Below, in pieces: positions 40,358 through 52,592 of a stretch of 64,000 bases of DNA (position 1 is its first letter; the number at the start of each line of letters is the position of its first letter). The stretch is from Octopus sinensis (Eukaryota): contig NC_043009.1 in assembly GCF_006345805.1 (NCBI RefSeq), positions 63,302,001 to 63,366,000 of the forward strand, read 5' to 3'. The position numbers were made by a program, and so were the translations under genes. The notes beneath the pieces are model-generated. The model was not told the DNA's origin and made no database searches. It saw nothing but the letters and a program-made list of their open reading frames with translations.

Positions 40358-41207
40358 ATTATAATATGCAGACCTTTTCTGGTTGGCTGCCAATTTTCAA
40401 TCTCTTCAATTTCTTTTCGAAATGATTTAATATTTGGTGTAATGATGTAGTTTTATATGTCAATTAATGCCATGAAATTCATTTTCGCTATAAATCAATA
40501 AAAGTTATGAGCTTTTAAATTTTGCAAATTTTGGGTAATTTTAGCCAATCGTAAGCCACAGATGCATTCATGCCTGTTTCCATAGTAACAAGCCAAACAT
40601 GAGAACTCCTTTGTCTGTGTTGACAAATACATTCTACGTGAAAGCATATGTTCTGCTGCTTGTGCCCATCTGCTACTTGTACATTGGTCGGGAGGTGTGC
40701 TAAAAATAACAGCCAAACAGGTCTTAAATCATTCACTACCACCACCCCAATTTTGTGGTGGAGGGGCGGGTTTGTATAATCGTTTGAATTCCCGTGTGTA
40801 GAATACAAATTCGTAAAAATTTTCTGAAAATTCCAAAAAATAAAAAAGTTATCAGACGAATGGCATGCATAAAGCAGAATTCTGCCAATATTTCATTTGT
40901 TTGCAGTCGACAACACGTGCTGTCACGCACAAATTGATAGTTTCCAAAGCATGTTTTCTGACAGAGTGAAAATAATCAAACTTTAAACATTTATGACTTT
41001 TTTAGAAAATTTTTCTGGAGAAAGGGAAATATCTCCTGATATTCAGTTTGTAAAACTACATTAATACACTAAATTTTCAAATTTTCAAATTTTCAATAAA
41101 CTTTGAAATGTTCACAGCCAAACAAAAAAGATCTTAATATGTTGTAGATAACTATAAAATAAATTTTGTGGCTGTACAAGTCTTCATACTCTTTCTATCA
41201 ATAATAA

Positions 41208-41248
<41 letters not shown>

Positions 41249-41363
41249 TATATACACACACACCAGAGTAAGCACATAAATGTGAAACAAGATGGAAAAA
41301 AAAAGTACTCAAATACCAAAGGTAGAGTAATATGTTTTATTTAAAAGCAGCAGAAATATCACA

Positions 41364-41409
41364 AAAACTGTTACTCAGAGTTTCACGTTCCCGTTCGTCG
41401 GACAGTTTT
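41364..41409 (-). ncRNA. Minimal type I hammerhead-like motif (U4C) with long stem I
   Basis: aaaactgt-CCGACGA-ACG-ggaa-CGT-GAAA-CTC.T.GAG-TA/-acagtttt. Perfect 8-bp stem I extended by a 15-bp inverted repeat (41340-41354 / 41417-41431); GNRA loop on stem II; triplet GUA. Confidence 0.65.
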
Positions 41410-41436
41410 GTTAGAATCTGCTGCTTTTAAATCAAG

Positions 41437-41468
<32 letters not shown>

Positions 41469-41544
41469 CGTATGTTTGTATGCGCACGCGTATGTATGTA
41501 TGTATACACATATGTAATACACATATATATAGATAATATATGTA

Positions 41545-42330
41545 TATGGCACCTTGGGCAAGTCTCTTCTACTATAGTTTTGGACTAACCAAAGCCTTGT
41601 GAGTGTATTTGGTAGACGGAAACTGAAAGAAGCCCGTCGTATATATCTATATATGTGTGAGGGCATGTGTGCGTGCGTGTGTGTGTGTTTGTGTGTCTGT
41701 GTTTGTCCCCCCCCACCATCACATGACAACTGATGTGAGTGTGCTTACGTCCCCGTAACTTAGCGGTTTGGCATAAGAGACCGATAGAATAAATACTAGG
41801 CTTACAAAGAATAAGTCCTGGGGTCGATTTGTTCGACTAAAGGCGGTGCTCCAGCATGGCCGCAGTCAAATGCCTGAAACAAATAAAAGATTAAAATAAC
41901 GTGTATTATGTGTATATTATTGTTATTAAAATTGCCGAAACTGCGTAACTTCGTTCAACAACGGATGAAGCTCTGAATATAAATATCTGTGCCTTTGTCC
42001 CTTTTCGGCCATTTTCCACTGTGCTAATTTCATACTGTATGTGTGTGTGTGTGGTGTGTGTGTGTGTGTGTGTGTGCTTGTCTAGCGTTACGGGGATGTA
42101 AACAAACAAAGCTCGTCAAGCGATGTGGCTACAAATACAAAGACACAGCACACACACACACGCACACATGTGTGTGTATACGACTGGCTTCCACACAGTT
42201 TCCGTTTACCAAATTAATTCCCAAGGCATTAGTAGCAGACGCTTGCCCAAAGTACCGTACAGCGGAACTGAACCCGAAACCATGTGGTTGTAGAGCGAGC
42301 TTCTTAACCGCACAGCCATGCTTGCGCCTG
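41545..42330. mobile_element. Family C SINE (+, 41545-41890) and family C-related copy (-, 42080-42330)
   Basis: Homology to 60690-61100. Confidence 0.8.
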
Positions 42331-42546
42331 TATTTATAATTATGTAAGCTCACCTTCTTAAACAATTCATACACCCTTCCTCACCTCCATGAAAAAAAAA
42401 GTCCCGCTTCCTCTACATAACCCCTACAAACCCACGCACTACGTACTCCTCCTCCTCATCCTCATCCTCTACCGGACCTGTTGGCAGCCATGACAGAACT
42501 AGACTACCGGCTGATATATTTCACAGGGGACTGTTTGGACCAAAGG

Positions 42547-42577
<31 letters not shown>

Positions 42578-42695
42578 AATGATGATGATGGTTCGAAGCT
42601 TGATTCTAATCTTACAACCTCGAGATTACTTCCTGCTCATGTGCCTCCTCCTCTTCCCACCAACACCAACACCAACACCACCACCACAACAACAA

Positions 42696-42743
<48 letters not shown>

Positions 42744-42914
42744 CCCTTTCCATTACCACCTCGGCCTTTTCCTCATGACATTCCCATGGATAATTTATTT
42801 TTATTGTCTCGCTGTCACGCTCGTATCATTCTTTAATCCCTCCACCACGACTTTTTCCAAACGGCATGGTATCATTCCGCCATACACACACACACGAAAA
42901 TAATCCCTTCTAAC

Positions 42915-43516
42915 ATAGGCACAATGCCTGAAATTTGGAAGGAGCTGGGGGTAGTGGATTACACCGACCACCCCCACCCCACCCCAGTGCTCAACTGGTA
43001 TTTGTTTCATCGACTCCCCACCCCACTCCAAACTTTCACGCGAAAGGACGAAAAAGCAAACTCGACCTCGGCGATCAAAAATGCTGCTAAGCATTTTGTC
43101 CAGCGTGCTAACGATTCTTTTCTACTCTAGGCACAAGGCCCAAAATTTTGGGGGACAGGGGGCCAGTCGATTAGATTGATCCCACTACGCAACTGGTAGT
43201 TAATTTATCGTCCCTGAAAGTATGAAAGGCAAAGTCGATGTTGGCGGAATTTGAACTCAGAACGTAAAGTCAGGTGAAATACCTATTTCTTTACTACCCA
43301 CAAGGGGCTAAACACAGAGAGGACGAACAAGGACAGACAAACGGATTAAGTCGATTATATCGACCCCAGTGCGTAACTGGTACTTAATTTATCGTCCCTG
43401 AAAGAATGAAAGGCAAAGTCGACCTCGGTGGAATTTGAACTCAGAACGTAACGGCAGACGAAATACAGCTAAGCATTTCGCCCGACGTGCTAACGTTTCT
43501 GCCAGCTCGCCGCCTT
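42915..43516 (-). mobile_element. Family B SINEs (a monomer plus a dimer)
   Basis: Homology to other copies; another copy lies at 44465-44672. Confidence 0.85.
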
Positions 43517-45061
43517 GTACAGACTTGAAAATAAAGATTATCAGAAAACTAGTCCTGTGTTTTAGGAAACAGAACCAGTCTTTTAAGACCCATTTTGTAA
43601 TAAACAGATTTGATTCCCTTTGCCTTTGAAACGGTACACATCCACACCCTAACATGCTGAGTTCCATACATCTTTCGACCACCAAATTTAACTCACCAGG
43701 TTCTTTTTTGGTCAACCAGAAACGAAACTATTGTGGAAAACACTTACTCGAGGTGCCAAGCGGTGGAATCGAATCCGAAACCTCATGGTTGTAAAGCGAT
43801 ATTTTTAACGACACGGTCATTTTCGCTGCGCGCATGTATGTATAATTTTGTTGCTTAGGATATCAACGAACAAAGGGTAGATTTCTATGGACATTTAAAT
43901 GATACTGCTGAAAATTAATCTAAATGTAATTTTACTCCAGTTTCTGGTTTCATGACGAAGCAATTGAAATAAAATCTACGTTTATTAGGAAGCACTTCGC
44001 AGAGCCGAGGATCAAATCTCTGCCGAGAAATTGTTTAAGAAGGTACCAAGTATTTAGAAAATGTAACATGGTCATAGTGGTAGGTCTGTGGTGACAGTGT
44101 GCACATAGATGGACATATATTGTGCTTATATGTCTGCTTTCCTCTGGAATCTAAGAGATGCACTTATTGCTACGTTCCATACGCAAGATAAATCACTTGA
44201 ATTCACGCTTCTTGTTTGATGTCACGCTACTCACTGCGTGCAAATCTACTTTAATATTACAGTTTAGGTTTCGTAGTGATCAATAAATATTAAACAAGAT
44301 ATTTGGTGTCACATGGCTCACTAAACTCCGTTCTATTGAATACTTGTCACGTTATTTTCAAAGGGATTTAATATTTATACTTTTCGCCCAGTATTTGCTG
44401 AAATATCTCCTGATACAAGCAACATCGCTTTTTAGAAAATTACAACTCTCGACAGCGACTATTCTTTTCTACTCTAGGCACAAGGCCCGAAATTTGGATG
44501 GAGGACCAGTCGATTAGATCGACCGCAGTATACAACTGGTACTTAATTTATCGACCCCGAAAGGATGAAAGGCAAAGTCAACCTCGGCGGAATTTGAAAT
44601 CAGAACGTAGCAAGACGAAATTCCGCTTAGCATTTCGCTCGGCGTGCTAACGATTCTGCCAGGCTGCCGCCTTACTGTCACGTATTATTCTACTCAAACA
44701 AGTTATATCCATCGTATGTTATACTCACAGAGATTTAATCTCTGAACTGGAAAGTAATGAAACACATGTCATCTATAAGATGCTCCCAGTGACTACGGTA
44801 GATAACTATGCTTCTTCATGGTATCTATTTGCAGCTAGATGAGAGAAACATTGATCTGACCACAGAAATAAAGATGAAAATTTGATTTCATGATGGCTGA
44901 CTTACTTCAGGATTTATAAGCATAAAAATATTTAATTTGCTATTTTCTCTGTTGAAACGAGGTGTTTAGAGGTGATTAAAGATATATTTGATTGCAGAAA
45001 TCTCGGGTGTCACCTCGCTGACGTCGTATACTTGGACTGATACATAAATATCATAGCATAC

Positions 45062-45107
45062 TTGAATTGGTTCCTCGGGTTTACTGACTTTGTAACGCTG
45101 GTCACAT
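45062..45107 (-). CDS. Candidate 46-nt coding exon (could extend further), peptide CDQRYKVSKPEEPIQ
   Basis: Strong acceptor ttctattttccctcttctatttcag|ATGT and donor CAA|gtatgc; the frame is compatible with the upstream candidate exon. No protein family recognised. Confidence 0.25.
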
Positions 45108-45498
45108 CTGAAATAGAAGAGGGAAAATAGAATTAAAACGAATATATTTTTCATAACTGCAACTTAAATAAAATATCAATTAATGCTATCCTGTTAAATA
45201 ATAAAACTGAATGTTTATTTACTTCACTACACCTCGATATATGATATCCCTCTTCCGTTGCATGAATTCCTGTTATCAATAGAGAACCCATCAAAGAAGT
45301 TTCAATATCTTCTGTATATATAATAACTTTTCCCACTCGTTTCTATAGTATATCGTTAGTTGGTTGTCGTCCAATAGAGCAACTGTTGGAAATACCAAGA
45401 ACTTAAACGAGAAATTCTAAGTTTGGCAGTTGAAACAGAACCCATTTATTTATTCAAGGGGAATCGATATAATTTTAGCCAGCTTTAATTCCCCTCAC

Positions 45499-45622
45499 TC
45501 TGCCACACTGGGATCCATGGTGTGTGTTTGTTTAGTCTCCAGTTTATAACAGCCACACAAGATGATTCAAGTTGTACAAATACTGATATACATAGCTAAG
45601 CCTCTTTTCTTTTCCTTACAAT
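45499..45622 (-). CDS. Candidate exon containing 5' UTR and start codon (MDPSVAE)
   Basis: Acceptor tattttattttcgccttttctctgcag|ATTG, in-frame upstream stop, Kozak-like acaccATGG at 45518 and donor GA|gtgagg. Splicing to 45107 keeps the frame open. Confidence 0.25.
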
Positions 45623-45811
45623 CTGCAGAGAAAAGGCGAAAATAAAATACTGAAACGACATTCTCTTCTCTATAAGTAACTGACAAAATCTCCCCAAACT
45701 ACAACATGGCTTCAGTTCAGTTAAAACCGTGTTTTACCCCCAATACACCTTCTACGTCTTCTTTAGTCGTTTTCAACATTTGGCGGTATATATATAAAAT
45801 ATGTATGTTAT

Positions 45812-45847
<36 letters not shown>

Positions 45848-46020
45848 CATACATATATACATATATACATACATACATATGTATTATATATACACACACA
45901 TACATGCATACATATTACATATATACATATATACATGTACACGCACACGATATAGTGTGCATGTATGCATGCATGTGTTATATATATATAGTAACATATA
46001 TATATATATATATGTACATA

Positions 46021-46067
<47 letters not shown>

Positions 46068-46193
46068 ATATACATACATAGATTATATATGTATATAGAT
46101 ATCATATATATACATACACACACCACACATATATATATATACTAGAAAAAAAATTATAATATGTATATGTATATATTATATACATATATATAC

Positions 46194-46231
<38 letters not shown>

Positions 46232-46233
46232 CA

Positions 46234-46269
<36 letters not shown>

Positions 46270-46288
46270 TAATATATATATATATATA

Positions 46289-46333
<45 letters not shown>

Positions 46334-46750
46334 TGTCTGTTTATCGGTGAGGTTTGAAAGTTGTGTGTCGTCGCAGCTAACAAGCAAACAGAGCGGTCTG
46401 CCTTGTACAGAGTCTCAACACAATAATTGTCAAGTTTTCACTGCTGACTTGGACCATTCTTCTCACTTGCTACACATCCAAATGAGTGACTTGATGAATA
46501 CTTGGCAATTAAAGTATGGCAACTGTCGGAGGAGAATAGATGTGACAGCTGGCGGTCACATTGATCTGAACTTTGCTTGTTACGACGAAAATGCAAGACT
46601 TTCGTAATAAATTGCAGTTTGGGAATAAATCCACTTTCACAGTATTTTGTATATTTTTCTACACTTTTTAAATTTTAATATTATTGGTTGCTTGTGGAAG
46701 CGGCGAGCTGGGGAAAACGTTAGCACGCCGGGCGAAATGCTTAATCGCGG

Positions 46751-46774
46751 CGAGCTGGGAGAAACATATATAAG

Positions 46775-46864
<90 letters not shown>

Positions 46865-46945
46865 ATATATTATATGTATGTATGTGTATGTAGTATATAT
46901 ATATATAATTTTCCCTGTAAGTTTGGAGTTATACTCCCCATTATT

Positions 46946-46977
<32 letters not shown>

Positions 46978-47170
46978 ATATTATATATATATATATATAT
47001 ATAAACTCACACGAAGCAGCACTGGATAAAATATATTCGAGCTGGGAGAAACATTATATTATGTATGTATGTATGTATGTATATATAATATTATATATAT
47101 ATATATATATAATATATATATATATATATGTATGTATGTAATTATATATATATATATAGATGTATGTATG

Positions 47171-47230
<60 letters not shown>

Positions 47231-47330
47231 TCCCTGTAAGTTTGGAGTTATACTCCCCATTATTATTATCATTATTATTATTATTATTATATATATTATA
47301 CATACACACAACACACACGTATATATATAT
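46751..47330. repeat. Local tandem duplication (about 290-bp units)
   Basis: CGAGCTGGGAGAAACAT-(TA)n-TTTTCCCTGTAAGTTTGGAGTTATACTCCCCATT-(TTA)n occurs twice; the same TTCCCTGTAAG block is inverted at 52590-52625. Confidence 0.75.
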
Positions 47331-47536
47331 AGATATAAAACATACTTGGAAGAGGATGCGTGGTGTTCTATTTGTTGTAATAATATAATAATATATATAT
47401 ATATATTTACATACGTATATGCACATACTTATGTCTATACGTATTTATATATATATATATATATATATATAATCTATATATATTATATATATTATATGTG
47501 TGTGTGTTGTGTGTGTATGGTGTGTGTATGAATATG

Positions 47537-48187
47537 TGGACGCAGGACGTCACGAAACGGTGCAACAAAAAGTACGAACGCAAGCACGAGTTACATAGAA
47601 CATGAACTATTCTATTGAACAACAAAAGACACAATTGGAAAACAAAACAAACAACATAAAGAACGACCCTTCATCACTTGTTGGCTGTTTTTCTACTCTC
47701 GTATTTCGAGCATTTAACAACAACAATATGCACTTTCGATAAAACAGTTGCTCCCGCAAAGCAAACTAAATAAAATCTAGGATTTTGTGGAGGGTCAAAA
47801 TCGGTAACACAAACAGGACAGTTGAAACAAACAGGAAGAGCTGCTAAGCCTAAACGAGGTTGTGGTGGCGAACACGTAAATCAAGCTTGGACAGGAGACA
47901 AACAAAAACGCGTCTTCCTTGTTCCTGCTACAACGTAGAGAAAGAAACACGAATTAGAAGAAAGAAAAATGGCCGATGGTCACGAGGGAGCCACGTGAGC
48001 AAGAAAGGAGGAGTGAGGGAGAGAGAGTGACAAGTAATCGAATAGAATAGTGGGAGAAGAGAAGGTAAAAGAATAAGAGATAGAAAGAGAGAAAAACAAA
48101 AGAGTAAAAAGATCGTATAGAGTGCGCATCAGAATTATTAAGATAATAAGATGCGAAGAAAGAAGATGCGTGCGTTCAATAATATAA

Positions 48188-48190
<3 letters not shown>
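47537..48190 (-). mobile_element. Diverged homologue of the 23341-24245 repeat
   Basis: Shared blocks, including GTGCGCATC..AATTATTAAGATAA near the (TA)n end. Confidence 0.6.
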
Positions 48191-48261
<71 letters not shown>

Positions 48262-48357
48262 ATATATATCAAATGTGAGGATAAAATTCTTTTCGAAAAA
48301 AACTTTATCAATGGCCAGCCATATTAAAAAATACCTTTAACGGATAAATTTATAAAC

Positions 48358-48852
48358 AATTCATAAATGAGGGCAAAGGAAAAAAATTCTAATGCCAAAT
48401 ATGCCGAAAAATCGGACATATTGTCCATTAACCATATAAGGTCGACAGAAATTTCTAAAAAATTCCATTATTACCATATCGGACCGATTTCAGAGTTAGC
48501 TACTAAGAGCCCTCTCTTCGTGGCAAAAGAAATAAATGAGATCCTTACTCATACCCATGGAAGAAGCAAATACTAAGTCATGGGCACAACTAAGTACCCG
48601 ACTTAGTATTTGCTTCTTCCATGGGTATGAGTAAGTATCTCATTTATTTATTTTGCCACGAAGAGAGGGCTCTTAGTAGCTAACTCTGAAATCGGTCCGA
48701 TATGGTAATAATGGAAATTTTTAGAAATTTCTGTCGACCTTTTTTCGAGTAGCGTGCGTATGTATGAAAAAATTATATGGTTAATGGACAATATGTCCAA
48801 TTTTTCGGCATATTTGCATTAGAATTTTTTCGTTTGTCCTCCTTTATGAATT
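48358..48852. mobile_element. Foldback element (about 220/250-bp arms, 20-bp loop) adjoining (TA)n
   Basis: 48358-48579 vs 48600-48852 are near-perfect reverse complements; the right arm has an extra segment of about 32 bp. Confidence 0.9.
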
Positions 48853-48873
48853 ATATATATTATATATATTATA

Positions 48874-48908
<35 letters not shown>

Positions 48909-48911
<3 letters not shown>

Positions 48912-49169
48912 GGCATGGGGTTGCTGAAAAGTTCCCGGCTTTAATGGTGTCGCGAAAGGTCGTTGGAGGTCCAACCTTCCGTGTTCTTTTATAGGGCTTA
49001 GAAAAACTGGAGGATCTCTGCAATAAATGGTGATATTTCTTTATTACCCACAAGGGGCCATATGCAATAAATGTGTGAATCTGAGAGGGAAAATGTGAAT
49101 AAAATCACAATCAACTGATGTAGTATTTTGTTCTACCCAAAACCAGGAACTTTTCAGCACCCCCTCGTG
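48909..49169. mobile_element. Tc1/mariner-type MITE in (TA)n
   Basis: TIRs CACG..GGGG.TGCTGAAAAGTTCC.GG.TT at both ends, flanked by TA. Confidence 0.75.
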
Positions 49170-49188
49170 TATATATATATATTTATAT

Positions 49189-49289
<101 letters not shown>

Positions 49290-49411
49290 ATATATATATA
49301 ATAGGAACAGGCAGAAACAAGGAAAATGCACCTGTATTTGAACACTATACAAATAGTCTTAGAAAAAAAACTTTTCTTTTAATTTTTCTAAATTTAATTG
49401 TTTAATTGTTA

Positions 49412-49447
49412 CAGTTGAAAAAGTCTCAATGACTGAAACCGGTACTG
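49412..49447 (+). ncRNA. Minimal hammerhead-like motif with compensatory U3-A8 core pair
   Basis: cag-TTGAAAA-AGTC-tcaat-GACT-GAAA-CCGG-TA/-ctg. Palindromic ACCGGT stem III, triplet GUA, in a roughly 190-bp unit between (TA)n tracts. Confidence 0.55.
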
Positions 49448-49586
49448 AAATGTTTTTATAAAATTATTTAAGCATTTTCTATCTTGACTTTTTTCCCATA
49501 TATATATATATATATTTATATATACTTACGTATAAGCTCAAGAAGGGTACGTCGTCGCTTATATATATATGTGTAAATGTAAAAAA

Positions 49587-49770
49587 ATACAAACTGGGAC
49601 AAGAACGTGAAACATTAGAAGACGATGCAAAAAACACGGACGGGACATTCGAAGCCTTCAATCTTCAGTCAAGAACCGGATCAGACTGAAGATTGAAGGC
49701 TTCGAATATCCCGTCCGTGTTTTGTTTTTTGTATCGTCTCTAAATGTTCACGTTATGTCCCAGTTTGTAT
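49587..49770. repeat. Foldback with about 84-bp arms and 13-bp loop, flanked by (TA)n
   Basis: 49587-49670 vs 49684-49770. Confidence 0.85.
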
Positions 49771-49846
49771 ATGTAAATATATATATATATATATATAATA
49801 TATATATATAATATATATATATATATTATATTATATATATATTAAA

Positions 49847-50164
49847 GACTCCGTCGGTTACGACGACGAGGGTCCCAGCTGATACGATCAACGGAACAGC
49901 TTGCTCGTGAAAATAACGTGCAAATGCTGAGCATTCCACAGACACGTGTACCCTTAACGTAGTTCTCGGGGATAATCAGCGTGACACAGAGAGTGACAAG
50001 GCTGACCCTTTGAAATACAAGTACAACTCATTTTTGCCAGCTGAGTGGACTGGAGCAACGTGAAATAAAGTGTCTTGCTCAAGGACACAACGCGTCGCCG
50101 GGAATCGAACTCACAACCTTACGATCATGAGCCGAATGCCCTAACCACTAAGCCACGCGCCCTC
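49847..50164 (-). mobile_element. Copy of the 12786-13108 SINE
   Basis: Near-full-length reverse-complement match. Confidence 0.9.
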
Positions 50165-51240
50165 ACTTATGTATGTATGTATGTATGTATGTATGTATGT
50201 ATGTATGTATGTATGTATGTATGTATTTATGCACGTATGTATGCACACTCATAACCACATCCGTACACTCCTACCTTACGTATTCATACGACTCTACTTT
50301 CGTATTGTTGCGAGTATACTTCATTGATACAATGGCTATGTCAATAGTTAACTATTTACTATAATAAAGTAACTATATTACTGTTTGACTTCTGGTTAGT
50401 TTCATTCCTTGTACATTCAGCTCTATTCAGCTTACAACTGGTTTGTTACATAACAGTTGTTGCAATAAAGCTGCCACCTATGAAAGACCACCAACCCGTC
50501 ATCACCGCCCATGCTGGGGCTATATAACTTTAACTTTCGTTCGCGGTTATATTGTTCTAAATAGAACAAATCCTTATTATTCTATTTGTTACTAACCCCA
50601 ATCTTTTCATTCTGTCGACTACCGTCGCCTCCACAACTCTGTGGGTGCACTGAATACACATTTAGCTAAGGTAGAATAATATACAAAATACAGCAGACAC
50701 AGTCCGTATATAAACAAACTCCCGCAACACGCAACAAAAAAAGAAATAACTTGAACATAAAAAAAAATAGAAAATAAATTATATAAAAAAAAAACATTGC
50801 TCTAGTCATCTACCTCAAAGATTCTAAAGTTGTTTTTCTTTCTTATTTTGATAAGAAAATAGAGTTTGTAAACTCGGTGTTGGAGTACAAGAACGGGAGA
50901 AAAATATTCGGGTGACCTTTCGTCTTTCTTGCAGCAAATCTAATCTTGACCGAGCAGTTGGAGGGCGATTAATATATATATATATATATATATATCACTA
51001 TACTGGTTTCAAATTTTGGCACAAGGCCAGAAATTTTAGTTGGGGTATAGTCTATTACATCGACCCCAGTGTTCAACTGGTACTCATTTTATTGACCCTG
51101 AAACGACGAAAGGCAAAGTCGACCTTAGTGGAATTTGAACTCAGAGCGTAAAGACGGACGAAATGCCGCTAAGTATTTTGCGTGGCTCGCTAACGATTCT
51201 GCCATCTCGCCTCTTTATTTTATATATCACTATATTTTTT

Positions 51241-51538
51241 ACGCCCTTTTCAAACCTAGCCAGGCTCATGGGCCCGGTTTCTGTGGCATATGTGTTCCCC
51301 CCAGCTGGTCGGGACTCCAGTCCATCGCAGCGTTACTCAAGAAACAGGAAGAGATAGTGAGAGAAAGTTGTGGCGAAAGAGTACAACAGGGGTCGCCACC
51401 CCACCCCCTGCCGGAGCCTCGTGGAGCTTCTAGGTGTTTTCGCTCAATAAACACACACAACGACCAGCCTGGGAATCGAAACCGCGATCCTCCGAACGCG
51501 AGTCCGCTGCCCTAAACCACTGGGCCATTGCGCCTCCA
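51241..51538 (-). mobile_element. Family A head SINE, tail 2
   Basis: Matches 22134-22437; in both cases it adjoins a family B copy. Confidence 0.85.
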
Positions 51539-52497
51539 CTATCACTATATTACTATCCTGTAAATTTCAATCTATATATTATACGATTCTGAAGAGATTA
51601 ATCTCGCTATGTGTAAAGATTCCTTCACTCTATTTATATCAACGGGTATCACTGCAGGAGATCGGAGAAACGATTATTACAATAGATTGTCTCAATCGCT
51701 GTCTCTAATTATCCATTGAAAATAAGCTATCGATAACAACCGTTCCACTCATTTTTATTCTGTTTTCAAAATCCACTTCCCACCCCCTTTAAATTAAAGA
51801 GAAAAGAAAATATTTTCTGCCAACGATACTGATCAAGATAATTCTTCCTTCCTTTGAAATCTTAATGTCTCCAGCATCACTCAACCTCGCCCCCCGCACC
51901 CCAGAACGAATCTAGACATCAACTCTTCCGGCCGTCGCGACAGTAAATATTCCTCTTCAAATCGATTCGTCCGGACAGTCTCCAATAGCTTTCTGTAAGT
52001 TACAAAATAAATACCGATGGCGCCCTCTAGCCAGAGTTTCAGTAAATGTTAATGACATTTTTCTGATATCCAAGGCAAGATACTGATTTTGTCAAATGAG
52101 TTTCCAGATTAACATAAATAATATATCTGTTTAACAGTGTCTCGTATCTCAGATCGTATTCTTGGTGTTCAGCTAAATAGTCTAAGATAAAAGTACCTTA
52201 CCTTCCATATCATAAGATAATTCGGTGCTGTTATACATATGTATGTGTGTGTGTGTTGTGTGTATGTATTCGTGTAAAATCATGTTTAACACGTTCCTTC
52301 TAGACATGAGAAAACGCATCGTCCTATGAGTAACGTCCCTCACAACGCGATGCCTTTTCAGACATGTCGTCTAGGCTGAGAATTCTTTCCGGAGACTATT
52401 TCCATAGTCAAAGGTCTTCCCACGTCCGAATGCACAAGAACGCGTCAAGTATGACTTTACACGAATATATTTTATCCAGTGCTGCTTCGTGTGAGTT

Positions 52498-52592
<95 letters not shown>

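Larger units (their letters stand above)
39771..40439. mobile_element. Large foldback element (about 290-bp arms, about 70-bp spacer) with a short upstream direct duplication
   Basis: 39792-40078 is a near reverse complement of 40148-40439; 39771-39793 duplicates 39864-39886 region (ATATTATAATGACCTACA.GTGTTTCCGCTGCA). Confidence 0.85.

Noticed and set aside
40576-40589. RFX X-box-like GTTTCCATAGTAAC
   Set aside because: A single motif in what looks like an old repeat; insufficient on its own.
43660-43830. Apparent minus-strand mini-exon ending CTG|gtgagt
   Set aside because: The sequence aligns with a degenerate family C SINE head.
46347-46607. 86-aa ORF in unique sequence
   Set aside because: It starts at a GTG beside a microsatellite, with no domain or splice support.
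48655-48700. GCCACGA-AGAG...CTCT-GAAATCGGTC inside the foldback arm
   Set aside because: Three core mismatches and no stem I.
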